Notes: a model not told the origin generated them from the sequence alone. A stretch of 11,408 nt of DNA from Oopsacas minuta (GCA_024704765.1 JAKMXF010000118.1:1-11408), one strand, 5' to 3'; counted from the first letter of the stretch, positions 1-7,492 are shown. Numbers and translations: made by a program.

Positions 1-237
1 GCATTAGTAGTATATAGGGCAACAGTCACGAAATTACAAAATTTTGATATTCAAATGTGATAAACCTTACTGTATATTAATGATATCTAACATCTACTAT
101 TTCAAGTATACTGACTGCTATACTATTGAATTATGTGCATACTTTCAGTTGCTCTAGTAATATAAGCCACTACATAACCTCTAATAAAAATATATAAAAT
201 ACAACTTGTGTCACAGCTTAGTCTATTGAGTAAATTT

Positions 238-339
238 CAAGGTTGAAACCCACCGAACCGAATATCAATATTTATGAATAGCTGTCTTACCGTATGCGAA
301 TACGAATACGAATACTGATAATATTCGGTTGCAACCATG
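238..339. mobile_element. hAT-type MITE, 102 bp
   Basis: TIRs CAAGGTTGAAACC (238-250) and GGTTGCAACCATG (327-339) match at 11/13. The identical 8-bp flank GTAAATTT occurs at 230-237 and 340-347. Internal CGAATA motifs are repeated. An 8-bp TSD is typical of hAT. Confidence 0.8.
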
Positions 340-428
340 GTAAATTTGTTTAGAGCTGCACTAGTAATTGGAGGCACACAGCTGTATGTGTATTTGGTTA
401 AATTTTCATTTTATAGTGTCTCCAGTTA

Positions 429-2436
429 TACTGGTCAACAAACAATTTGTTGCCTAAGATGTTAGATCCGTTTCTAGGTATATTGGTCCCGGGGAATCTG
501 AAAATGGCATCGGTTTATCCGAATTGGCTCTAGTTTTTGCGATACCTAATGTTAAATTTGGCGTGTAAGTATAAAATAGTGAAGATGTACTACACATAAA
601 TTTCTTCACATTAATAGTGGCATGGTGTTTCAGTGGTGACATTCAACTTTTATGCTTCCAAGTGTAAAATTTGAATTATTGAAATTTGTATTTTTGAATG
701 TAACTCTTAACTGCAAAACCAAAAATTTGGAAATATAATTTTATCATTACAGCTACTCCGTATAAATACATAGATCATTGTAAAAACGATTAATCGGTTA
801 AAAGTAATAATATTACAAAGAATACTGAACTTGTTTATTGAAGAACATCCAAAAATCGCCTCTTATTTGATTTTCTGTTATGTGCAGAGGGCAATCTCGC
901 TGGAAGCTCCAACAGTAATCTGCCATCATGTGGGCATCCCACCTGACTTGATATCTCTCTTCGATGACCTTGATGTCCTGATGAAACCTTTCCCCCTGTT
1001 CCTCACTTAAATCTCCAGGGTTTTCAGGGAAACGATCCAGGTGGCTAAATAGATAGTGAACCTTGATGCTCATGTTAACATCTAAATATTTAAATTTGTA
1101 AAGCATGTCATTGGCTAAATCTATGTAGTTGTTAGCTTTATTATTACCCAAGAATTTATTGACTACCAAAACAAATGCACACCACGCAGAAGATTCTAAA
1201 ATTAGTCATGGATTGGACTAACCCAGTGTTTCTTATGAGACTGCGGATCTGAGGACTATCAAAGATCCCTGCTCTCAGTTTTTCATTGCTCATTCCTGAG
1301 AATGATCTACAAATGTACTTGAAACAGGGGCCGTCTTTATCTTGGCATTTTACGAACTGCTTCATTAAATTCAACTTGATGTGGAGGGGAGGAAGAAATA
1401 TTTTTCTCTAGGAACCAATGGTTCATACAGAATGTTTACTTCTCCAACTGTTAGATCAGTTCTCAAGGGCCACACTTTATTTACTCAATGTCTTTGTGGG
1501 CTCTGCTGTCCCATAAACATATAAAAGAAGGGTACTTAGTGTATCCAGCTTGTTGACCAAGTAGAAAGTTTACCATCTTGAGATCAACACACATCAACCA
1601 CTGGTGTTCAGGATATTTCAATTTTCGCAATACCATTTAAATATTTTCATACCCCTCCTTAAGCTTTGTTGAATGTCCAATTTGAATAGATGCCAATCTT
1701 CTGGTCTATATTGTGGTACTCCCATTTCCAGGAGAAGTCCTCCAATGTCATTGCAGAAGACAAGGCCTTCTTGTTGGCTAAAGTAATGAATTAATCCTTC
1801 TTCTCTATGACAATAATATGTTATCTTAGTTCCAGGGCTAAGAATATTCTTCTTGTTGAGCCTGGATGCCAAAATTACTGAGCACACTTTAGGCAGGTTG
1901 AGTTCCATAATTAGATAATTGAATTCTTCCTGATTGAATTGACCAGATAATGAAGAGCTAACCTCGAGTTCACTTTCACTGAAATGACATGTTGTGTCCA
2001 AATCTTCATCTATTCCATCACAATCTATTGAGAGGTCTGGTATGAGACTAAATTTTGGCAGAGGAACCTCCTCACAGCGAAGCACAGGACGCCTAGCAGA
2101 GTCCAAATTTTCGAAATCTCAAAATTGAAAATTTGCTATGTCATCATCACTCTACTATGGTGATGTCATTATTATCATAACAAGTGTATCCTGTTTTGCA
2201 TCCACTACATTTCATCAATTGTAAGTATTTCTATGTCTTATACAACGGAATTATTAGCATTCTAGTTATCTGTGACTTTATGGCGACTTATCAAAAATAC
2301 ACAAATGTTGTGAATGTGTCCAAACGTCACGTGATGACTATATATGACTTCAGATTCAGATTTAGCACCTAACAAATGAAGCCAAATCCGTTTACAACCT
2401 AAGACCTAAGGGTACCAAAATTATGTTTGACCAGTC
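429..2436 (-). mobile_element. Decayed Chapaev-type (CMC superfamily, Chapaev3-like) DNA transposon
   Basis: Imperfect TIRs: ACTGGTCAACAAACAATTTGTTGCCTAAG from 430, and the reverse complement of CTAAGGGTACCAAAATTATGTTTGACCAGT ending at 2435. They enclose a transposase remnant. Terminal bases are mutated and no TSD is preserved. The family assignment comes from remembered motifs. Confidence 0.7.
813..2106 (-). pseudogene. Disrupted DDE transposase
   Basis: ORFs 1618-2106, 1156-1374 and 813-1169, plus the frame between them, form one collinear transposase: SARRPV, FNQEEFN..LASRL, FCND, QIGHSTKLKEGYEN, WLMCVDLKMVNFLLGQQAGYTKYP, LHIKLNLMKQFVK, GIFDSPQIR, FLGNNKA, KVHYLFSHLDRFPEN, SEEQGERFHQDI, MMADYCW. 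Defects: in-frame TAA at 1637-1639, frameshifts near 1390 and 1195, an internal deletion at 1684-1693, and no N-terminal region. Confidence 0.85.
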
Positions 2437-2494
2437 AATTATCTGATATATTATCTTTCAATAAATTGAAATAGAATGATATATAATATTTAGC

Positions 2495-2794
2495 TTATAA
2501 AGTACGCATAAATTTCCTATTTATCCGCTTCCTACAAGCAAAATACAAGATTAAAGCTATGACAAACAGTGAAACTATAAAATAATAGAATTGCTGAGTG
2601 GTAAAACCAAAAATTCCAATTTCACCTCCACCTTCAATAATTTCATTTTGGACTTCAGTGTACTTAGCCACCTGTTTTACAATATCCCATTCAAGTCCTT
2701 TCTTGTATGCATCAATGTATCTACACATTCTACAGTTAAACGGATCAGTCCACAGAACTCGAAATCTATCGTCAAATTCCTTATCAAACGGTTT
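2495..2794 (-). CDS. 3' end (99 aa) of a C-terminally membrane-anchored protein, paralog A; possibly GT10 alpha-1,3-fucosyltransferase-like
   Basis: Open frame KPFDKEFDDRFRVLWTDPFNCRMCRY...FYYFIVSLFVIALILYFACRKRINRKFMRTL-stop, with a hydrophobic helix followed by a basic tail. Paralog B at 9845-10138 keeps the frame across indels. The upstream part is hidden by the N at 2795. The family call is tentative and rests on the F-x12-CxxC spacing. Confidence 0.65.
   Translation of the reverse strand, partial: KPFDKEFDDRFRVLWTDPFNCRMCRYIDAYKKGLEWDIVKQVAKYTEVQNEIIEGGGEIGIFGFTTQQFYYFIVSLFVIALILYFACRKRINRKFMRTL
2665..2794. repeat. 130-bp direct repeat, copy 1 (copy 2 at 10009-10138)
   Basis: 129/130 identical at a constant offset of 7344. 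The only difference is G2771 vs A10115, which is synonymous (Asp). Both copies end at an N. Confidence 0.97.
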
Positions 2795-2795
2795 N
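2795..2795. other. Single N behaving as an unsized assembly gap or junction
   Basis: The left flank encodes paralog A and the right flank encodes an unrelated CEP57 exon. The homologous N at 10139 has a completely different right flank. Confidence 0.8.
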
Positions 2796-3656
2796 CCAAA
2801 GTGACTATCCTGTGACATCTGTAATTCTCTAGCTAGATGCTGGTGATGTATTTGTAGTGTAGCTAGTTCTTTCTCTAACTCTTCAATCAACCTAAACAAT
2901 CAAATAAGAATCCAAAAATTCCACAAATTATTATGTTATTGCTTTTAATACATTAATTGTTATTAAGTAATAATGGAATATTAGAATTTCTCAAAATGTT
3001 CAGTCTCTTACATGTGAGAACTTTACAATATTTGTCATAAGAATGTATTATTACTAAATTGGTACCGTTTTCAGGGTCGAAATACAGTTATTTCCGGAGT
3101 GATCTTTTCTAGCAATCACTGATGGTTAATTTTAGGCGAAAATATATCAGGTGTGAAAATGGAGGATCTTTGTCATCTTTCCTATACACTAACACTAATC
3201 TACTGAATTAGACGTAGAAGTATTAGTGAGAAGGAGCGCTCTCCAAATAACATGTGTAAATACAGTAACATACTTTTTAGAATCCTCTTTGGGTAGACAT
3301 TCGCCTACACTTCTATTCCTTTCACTCACTTCCTTCCCTCCAGGTCTATGTGATCCTCTCCCACAAACAGCTGTGTTATGACTCTTCAGGAAAGCGATCA
3401 ACTGTTGGTAGTTTGCTACAACAGAGTGAGATTAACTTGTAGAAGTCTCAACCACGAATGGAATATCTTTAAGCTGAACTCTGTAGTGATCACGAGATTT
3501 TGTGTTTGTGTGTTTGTGTTTAGTCAGTTTATTGCTGGTAAGTTTCTTCTTCTTAACTCGAGTACGTGAGTGAGGACATGAGGATAGAGCGGTAACACGA
3601 GCTAAACTTAAATTAGAGTCCTGACCTGCCTGAAAGTCAGCAGCCCTCTCCGAGAT
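2796..3656 (-). pseudogene. CEP57: CEP57/CEP57L1-family gene fragment: two exons (about 3656-3274 and 2891-2796), 5'-truncated, with a premature stop
   Basis: ORFs 3432-3773 and 3195-3401 share one frame, split by TAA at 3432-3434: ISERAADFQAGQDSN...RVKKKK...HYRVQLKDIPFVVETSTS*SHSVVANYQQLIAFLKSHNTAVC. This aligns with human CEP57 as I recall it (MQAKAAELQTGLETN...RIKKKK...HYRLCLGDMPFVAGKSTSPSHAVVANVQLVLHLMKQHSKALC). Donor GTATGT at 3273 and acceptor TTGTTTAG at 2892 are both phase 2. They join to LIEELEKELATLQIHHQHLARELQMS, resembling the start of the microtubule-binding domain (LQTLQDEFGQMSFDHQQLAKLIQES). Confidence 0.8.
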
Positions 3657-3659
3657 TAT

Positions 3660-3798
3660 ATATACACCGACTACGGTCTGTGTGTTACGAACGAAATGAA
3701 TCAGAAACCTATATAAGTGGTACGTTTGTACAAATTCTGCCATTTTTCCACTTTTGACATTCAAAATTTTCAAATTTTACGGACGTAAGGGGTTTTAA
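3660..3798. mobile_element. Possible single terminus of a piggyBac-like element
   Basis: GGACGTAAGGGG-TT-TTAA at 3781-3798 resembles a piggyBac GGG|TTAA end but has two extra T. No partner end is present in the window. Confidence 0.3.
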
Positions 3799-3817
3799 CT
3801 GACAGAGCTGTAATTAA

Positions 3818-3848
3818 CAAAATTTGTTTACTTGATAAACAAATTTTG
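3818..3848. repeat. Short perfect inverted repeat (13-bp arms, 5-nt loop)
   Basis: CAAAATTTGTTTA-cttga-TAAACAAATTTTG. It is AT-rich and its function is unknown. Confidence 0.7.
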
Positions 3849-4020
3849 CGAAAGTCGGTATCGATACGCAGGCCTTGGCAGTCTATGACGAGTTTAGCAG
3901 TTCCTTATAGGGCATTGGTTGCGCTGTCTGGTAGGTGTACTCCCAACCCTGGCTAGTCCTTATCAAAAACAAATTATTATGATTTGCAAATGAAAGTCAG
4001 AAATGCACGAATTCATATCA

Positions 4021-4317
4021 TTATACTGAATCAGTAAGAACTGGTGTGTTGTCTTCACTGGTCAGCGATTGATCATCAGAATATTTATTCTGTGTCTTTT
4101 TTGCTGAAGAAGATTTCAATAAAACAACAGTCAAGACAGTGACTAGAATAGTTCCCAAAACACAAAAGAATATACAACATAGACACATCAATATTCCTGC
4201 TATAGACACAATGCAGTATTCAGAACAGTATGTTATTGGTGGTGGGGCGGTTGCTGAACAGTTGGACAAACCGGTTGAGTTTTGGATAAGATCACAATAT
4301 ATTGGAGAACTAGCCAT
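4021..4317 (-). CDS. Hypothetical 98-aa single-pass membrane protein
   Basis: ATG to TAA ORF. It has N-terminal sequons NST and NCS, an approximately 30-residue Cys-rich hydrophobic stretch, then KSSSAKK and a polar acidic tail. An in-frame AG at 4325-4324 means it could be a terminal exon of a longer gene. No recognised homolog. Confidence 0.55.
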   Translation of the reverse strand: MASSPIYCDLIQNSTGLSNCSATAPPPITYCSEYCIVSIAGILMCLCCIFFCVLGTILVTVLTVVLLKSSSAKKTQNKYSDDQSLTSEDNTPVLTDSV

Positions 4318-4347
4318 GATAATCTAATCACAATATAGAATGTAATA

Positions 4348-4415
4348 CAGTAAACCTCCCGAAACAGCACCTAAGATTTGGTCCCCCGGCTGTTTCCCTT
4401 TGAGAGGTTCATTTG
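4348..4415. mobile_element. Degenerate Tc1/mariner-pogo-like mini-MITE
   Basis: TA|CAGTAAACCTCCCGAAACAGC pairs imperfectly with GCTGTTTCCCTTTGAGAGGTTCATTTG. The right TA is not preserved. Confidence 0.4.
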
Positions 4416-4468
4416 CATAAATTGACGTAGTCTCCCTTTTTAGACATTCGGTAGGCCTGTCAAGTAAC

Positions 4469-4540
4469 CTAACATATGTCAATGTAAATTAGTCAATTCT
4501 AAATTGACGAATTTGACTAATTTACATGGACATATGTTAG
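4469..4540. repeat. Near-perfect hairpin (31/32-nt arms, 9-nt loop)
   Basis: CTAACATATGTCAATGTAAATTAGTCAATTC (4469-4499) versus the reverse complement of 4509-4540, CTAACATATGTCCATGTAAATTAGTCAAATTC: one mismatch and one 1-nt indel. Confidence 0.92.
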
Positions 4541-4926
4541 ATGCCAATTTGGCCGAAGGAAATATATTCCACTTCATGAAAAAGGTTATTTTCAGAATAT
4601 ACTTAACTTGTGTACTGCATAATAATTGAGCTGGCCGAGCTGGAGGGGTCAGATGGCTCCCCTACGCATGAAAACAAATTTGCTACTCCCAAGGGCGTCC
4701 TTATAAACGAAAACCACTGTATATATCGATCTGCAGTAGAGTTGGATACAATTATAGATTCTGAAAATTTGAGATCACTTTCTAAAGATTTTATCAACTC
4801 TAAACCTTGTTCGGATTAGAGAAAGTCTACTGTATCTACGTCTGCGCATATAAATGTATAAAGCCTCTAAACCAGCAGGAATAAATTCAATTTAATAATA
4901 CTAATGCTGAATCATAAAATATCAAA

Positions 4927-5373
4927 TCAAACAAGTAATGGTCTAGTTTCGTGAATAGAGAATTCTAAAACACGCCAGGAAGAAGAAGGATCATAATCCT
5001 CAAGATCTCTTGACAGTGCCCAGATGTAACGCACCTTCTCTAACTGTTCAGTACTGCTATTCCCTTTTAATTTAGTTAAAACTTGTTGTACTTCAAACAT
5101 TAGAAATAAAACAGGAATAGAATCTAGCATTTTAACAGTCAAAACATCTGTATTGTAAATCTCTAGTATACGTGCTTCTGTGACGTCATTATAATTCTGT
5201 TTGAAATACGCAGATAGAACATTGAATGCTGCTTCATGACACCATGTCTTGAGTACTTCAAGATTGCCCTTTAAGAAAGCTTCTAATACGTTTGGTATTA
5301 TATCTTGTTGGCATTGTTGTATGAAATTCTCCACTGTGAAGTGTGGTTCTACTGATCTTATAGCTGTCATTAC
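4927..5373 (-). CDS. TIMM44: TIM44 mitochondrial import inner membrane translocase subunit, exon 4 (last; Tim44 C-terminal domain)
   Basis: Acceptor TTTCCTCAG|GTA ATG (phase 0). The protein IIPNVLEAFLKGNLEVLKTWCHEAAFNVL...YIWALSRD...SWRVLEF is the Tim44 domain. Stop TGA at 4927-4929. The four exons splice in frame to 458 aa. Confidence 0.95.
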   Translation of the reverse strand, partial: VMTAIRSVEPHFTVENFIQQCQQDIIPNVLEAFLKGNLEVLKTWCHEAAFNVLSAYFKQNYNDVTEARILEIYNTDVLTVKMLDSIPVLFLMFEVQQVLTKLKGNSSTEQLEKVRYIWALSRDLEDYDPSSSWRVLEFSIHETRPLLV

Positions 5374-5384
5374 CTGAGGAAATA

Positions 5385-5508
5385 CAGTGAAACTTCGTTA
5401 ATACGAACATCAACGGCAGTAATACAAATTGAATGAGCATTGTAGGGAACTGATTATGTTAAATATTAGTTCGTTTTATCCGGAAATTCGTATTAACGAG
5501 GTCAACTG
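5385..5508. mobile_element. Tc1/mariner-pogo-type MITE, 124 bp, in TIM44 intron 3
   Basis: TA TSD at 5383-5384 and 5509-5510. TIRs are CAGTGAAACTTCGTTAATACGAA and (reverse complement) CAGTTGACCTCGTTAATACGAA. Related ends occur at 7298-7364 and 8242-8262. Confidence 0.85.
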
Positions 5509-6595
5509 TATACGAGGCTGGATATTTTCTATAACTTAGTTGACTAATTTTAAAATGGCAAAGAATCATGAATAATCAAATCATGAATAATCTCATCACG
5601 ATGGAAACTTTACCTATTCATTTTCCAGATATTTTAGTTTGAAGAAGAGGAAATGGTATATTTTGAAATATCGACATCTTAACTCGTCAGAAATTCATTG
5701 AGTAATTCATGAATTAGTCAGGCATGAATTTCCTTTAACGTTAAAAAACCTAAGTTGCTTAATACGTCCTTCAATGTAGAAGTATTACGATGTATAATAC
5801 ATAATTTACTATTTAAATACGTATTATACGTTGAATCTACAATTTTGGTGACGTAATTTCTATTAGGTTGAATTTTGCAGTAAATATTTTACATCAAAAA
5901 AGTTCTCGAATTGTTAATGAGAAATCTCAGCATAGTTGACCAAATTATATAATACTTGATAATAATGTGACTTATGCAAGTCTAACAATGTCAAAACTGA
6001 TATTTTGAGGTTAACCTAGACGTATAATACGTTCTAATAGATCACGTATAACGAATTATACAACTTAGTAAAATGATGTCTTCTAAGGGAGTCCATGTAT
6101 TTCGCGGATGGTATAATGAGTTTCCGGGTTCCTTTTAACAAGGGTCTACCTGGATGTAGACACAATCAAAATCTGTTAATTCGGGGAATTCACACATTCG
6201 GTTCCATGACATTCCAATAATCCATGGTAAATCCCACTCCAATAAGTAGGGAAATAAGGGAAGTGCCTCAAAATGACATGATTCAACATATGTCAGGAAC
6301 ATTGTCAGTATCCAGTTAAATCGAACCCACAAAGGCAATGGCGTAATTGATGCAGGATGTTACCGCCTCGCTTTTCGGTCATCGCCTCATCTCCCTATTA
6401 TAATCACCTATCATATTGAATTCATCCCAGATTCCTCACTCTAGGGCTTATAGTTACGCCCCAGCTCAAAGGAATATAAAACAAATATGGTTCAATTTCC
6501 GAATATTTAGCATGAGATTAAAATGTATAAATTTGTTAGTTTAGTGAAAGTTCGAATTAACAGATGTGACTGCAAAGACACAGCTTATTACTTAC

Positions 6596-7006
6596 TTTAA
6601 TCATTTCTGTTTGAGAGAAACTCGACCTGAAAAAGTCTCCAATATTCTCTGTAACAGTACGCGCACCACGGATAACTAAGTTATCACTCTCATCATACTT
6701 AATCTTGTAACGTGTAAAGAAGTTAACAACAGGATTGTCTCTTAGGAATTTAGCTATTTTCTCACTGTAAATAGACTGTTTAGTGAGTACAATACTTGTA
6801 GTCTGATCATCAGTTGATACAACTTCTGTTTTTCTATATTTTTGGTAGATAGCTGGTTCTGTTCGTTTCCTGACGTTATCAGGGCGTGTATAAGGTTTAG
6901 ATTCATCAATGACGTCATCAATTAGATCCTCTCTCACTATTCTAACACCAGTAGATACTGTTTTATATGTTTCTGTATCTTTAACTTTCTGAGTTTGAAC
7001 TGAAAT
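6596..7006 (-). CDS. TIMM44: TIM44 exon 3
   Basis: Acceptor CTATTAG|ATT and donor AAA|GTAAGT, 411 nt, phase 0 at both ends. Encodes ETYKTVSTGVRIVRE...PYTRPDNVRKRTE...KYDESDNLVIRGARTVTENIGDFF...SQTEMIK, typical of TIM44. Confidence 0.93.
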
Positions 7007-7178
7007 CTAATAGGTGGATAAAATAAATAAGAAAGGATATTTTGCAATAATTAATGTATGAGAAAATTCTCTCAGTCATACAAATCCTTATATGGAGTAC
7101 GGATTAGTAATCTCATTATAAGCTAGATAGGTGGAGAAAGAAAGTCAAAGGAATTCCACATATTCACACTTAAATAAG

Positions 7179-7210
7179 CAGATGGTTCTCAACCGGTGTT
7201 CCGGGTGCAA
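7179..7210 (+). mobile_element. Orphan hAT-Charlie-like left end
   Basis: CAGATGGTTCTCAACCGGTGTTCCG resembles the CAGTGGTTCTCAAC terminus of Charlie-type hATs. No right end was found. Confidence 0.4.
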
Positions 7211-7237
7211 TTGTGTGAAAGTCAACCTGAAACCTTT

Positions 7238-7297
7238 ACCGGTTATAAGAACATTATGTCCAGTTCCCGACGATGTTCTTATGACCGGCATCCGCTG
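7238..7297. mobile_element. Left-truncated Tc1/pogo-like MITE (second family)
   Basis: ACCGGTTATAAGAACA (7238-7253) is inverted to TGTTCTTATGACCGG (from 7274). The right end reads ...CATCCGCTG|TA. Confidence 0.6.
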
Positions 7298-7364
7298 TAC
7301 GAATTTCGGATAAGCCGATCATATTTTGACCGTTGTAGATGTTCGTATTAACGAAGTTCCAATG
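7298..7364. mobile_element. Internally deleted relative of the 5385-5508 MITE, in opposite orientation
   Basis: TACGAATTTCGGATAA and CCGTTG..GATGTTCGTATTAACGAAGTTCCAATG|TA match the reverse complement of 5385-5508. Confidence 0.7.
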
Positions 7365-7399
7365 TACTTACTTTATCATTAAAAGAATTGTGTATTTAC

Positions 7400-7492
7400 C
7401 TTCTCTTGTGCTACATTAGCAGAAGATTTAAGTTTGTAAGCATACTCCTTAGACTTCTCCATTCCTTTTGAAGATTTTATCTTTTCGTAAGC
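7400..7492 (-). CDS. TIMM44: TIM44 exon 2 (93 nt, absent from the ORF track)
   Basis: Acceptor CATCTTTTAG|GCT and donor AAG|GTAAAT, phase 0/0, open frame AYEKIKSSKGMEKSKEYAYKLKSSANVAQEK. It links exons 1 and 3 in frame. Confidence 0.85.

Noticed and set aside
2796-2899. ORF 2495-2899 as a single 134-aa protein
   Set aside because: It joins two unrelated genes across an N. The TTG start lies in an intron acceptor.
3402-3434. Strong-looking acceptor (CTCACTCTGTTGTAG at 3416) just past the CEP57 stop, suggesting the stop is intronic
   Set aside because: CEP57 similarity runs continuously across it, so this is ancestral coding sequence. No matching upstream donor rescues the frame.
3432-3434. 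TAA reassignment or readthrough
   Set aside because: TAA terminates other ORFs here (2495, 4021, 9845). A nonsense mutation or sequencing error is simpler.
3498-3522. TTTGTG-type simple repeat and a possible plus-strand microexon before GTAAGT
   Set aside because: It lies in the minus-strand CEP57 frame (KHKHTNTK). No plus-strand gene supports it.
3845-3960. Possible hammerhead or HDV-like ribozyme (GAAA ... TGACGAG)
   Set aside because: There is no intact CUGANGA core and the required stems do not form.
4410-4432. Octamer ATTTGCAT and a TGACGT motif as a promoter
   Set aside because: Short motifs are expected by chance, the octamer overlaps a degenerate MITE end, and no downstream snRNA is recognisable.
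5511-5745. TA|CGAGGCTG mariner-like start, a 15-nt-period duplication (5564-5592) and TGACTAATT/AATTAGTCA inversion
   Set aside because: No matching right end, and the motifs are too short and AT-rich to define an element.
6440-6465. CGTAACTATAA on the minus strand, resembling an LSU rRNA segment
   Set aside because: Only about 11 nt match, and the flanks do not follow rRNA sequence.
7366-7399. Cryptic GTAAGT donor 28 nt downstream of the TIM44 exon 2 donor
   Set aside because: Its use would add a stop and shift the frame. Nothing in the sequence indicates it is used.
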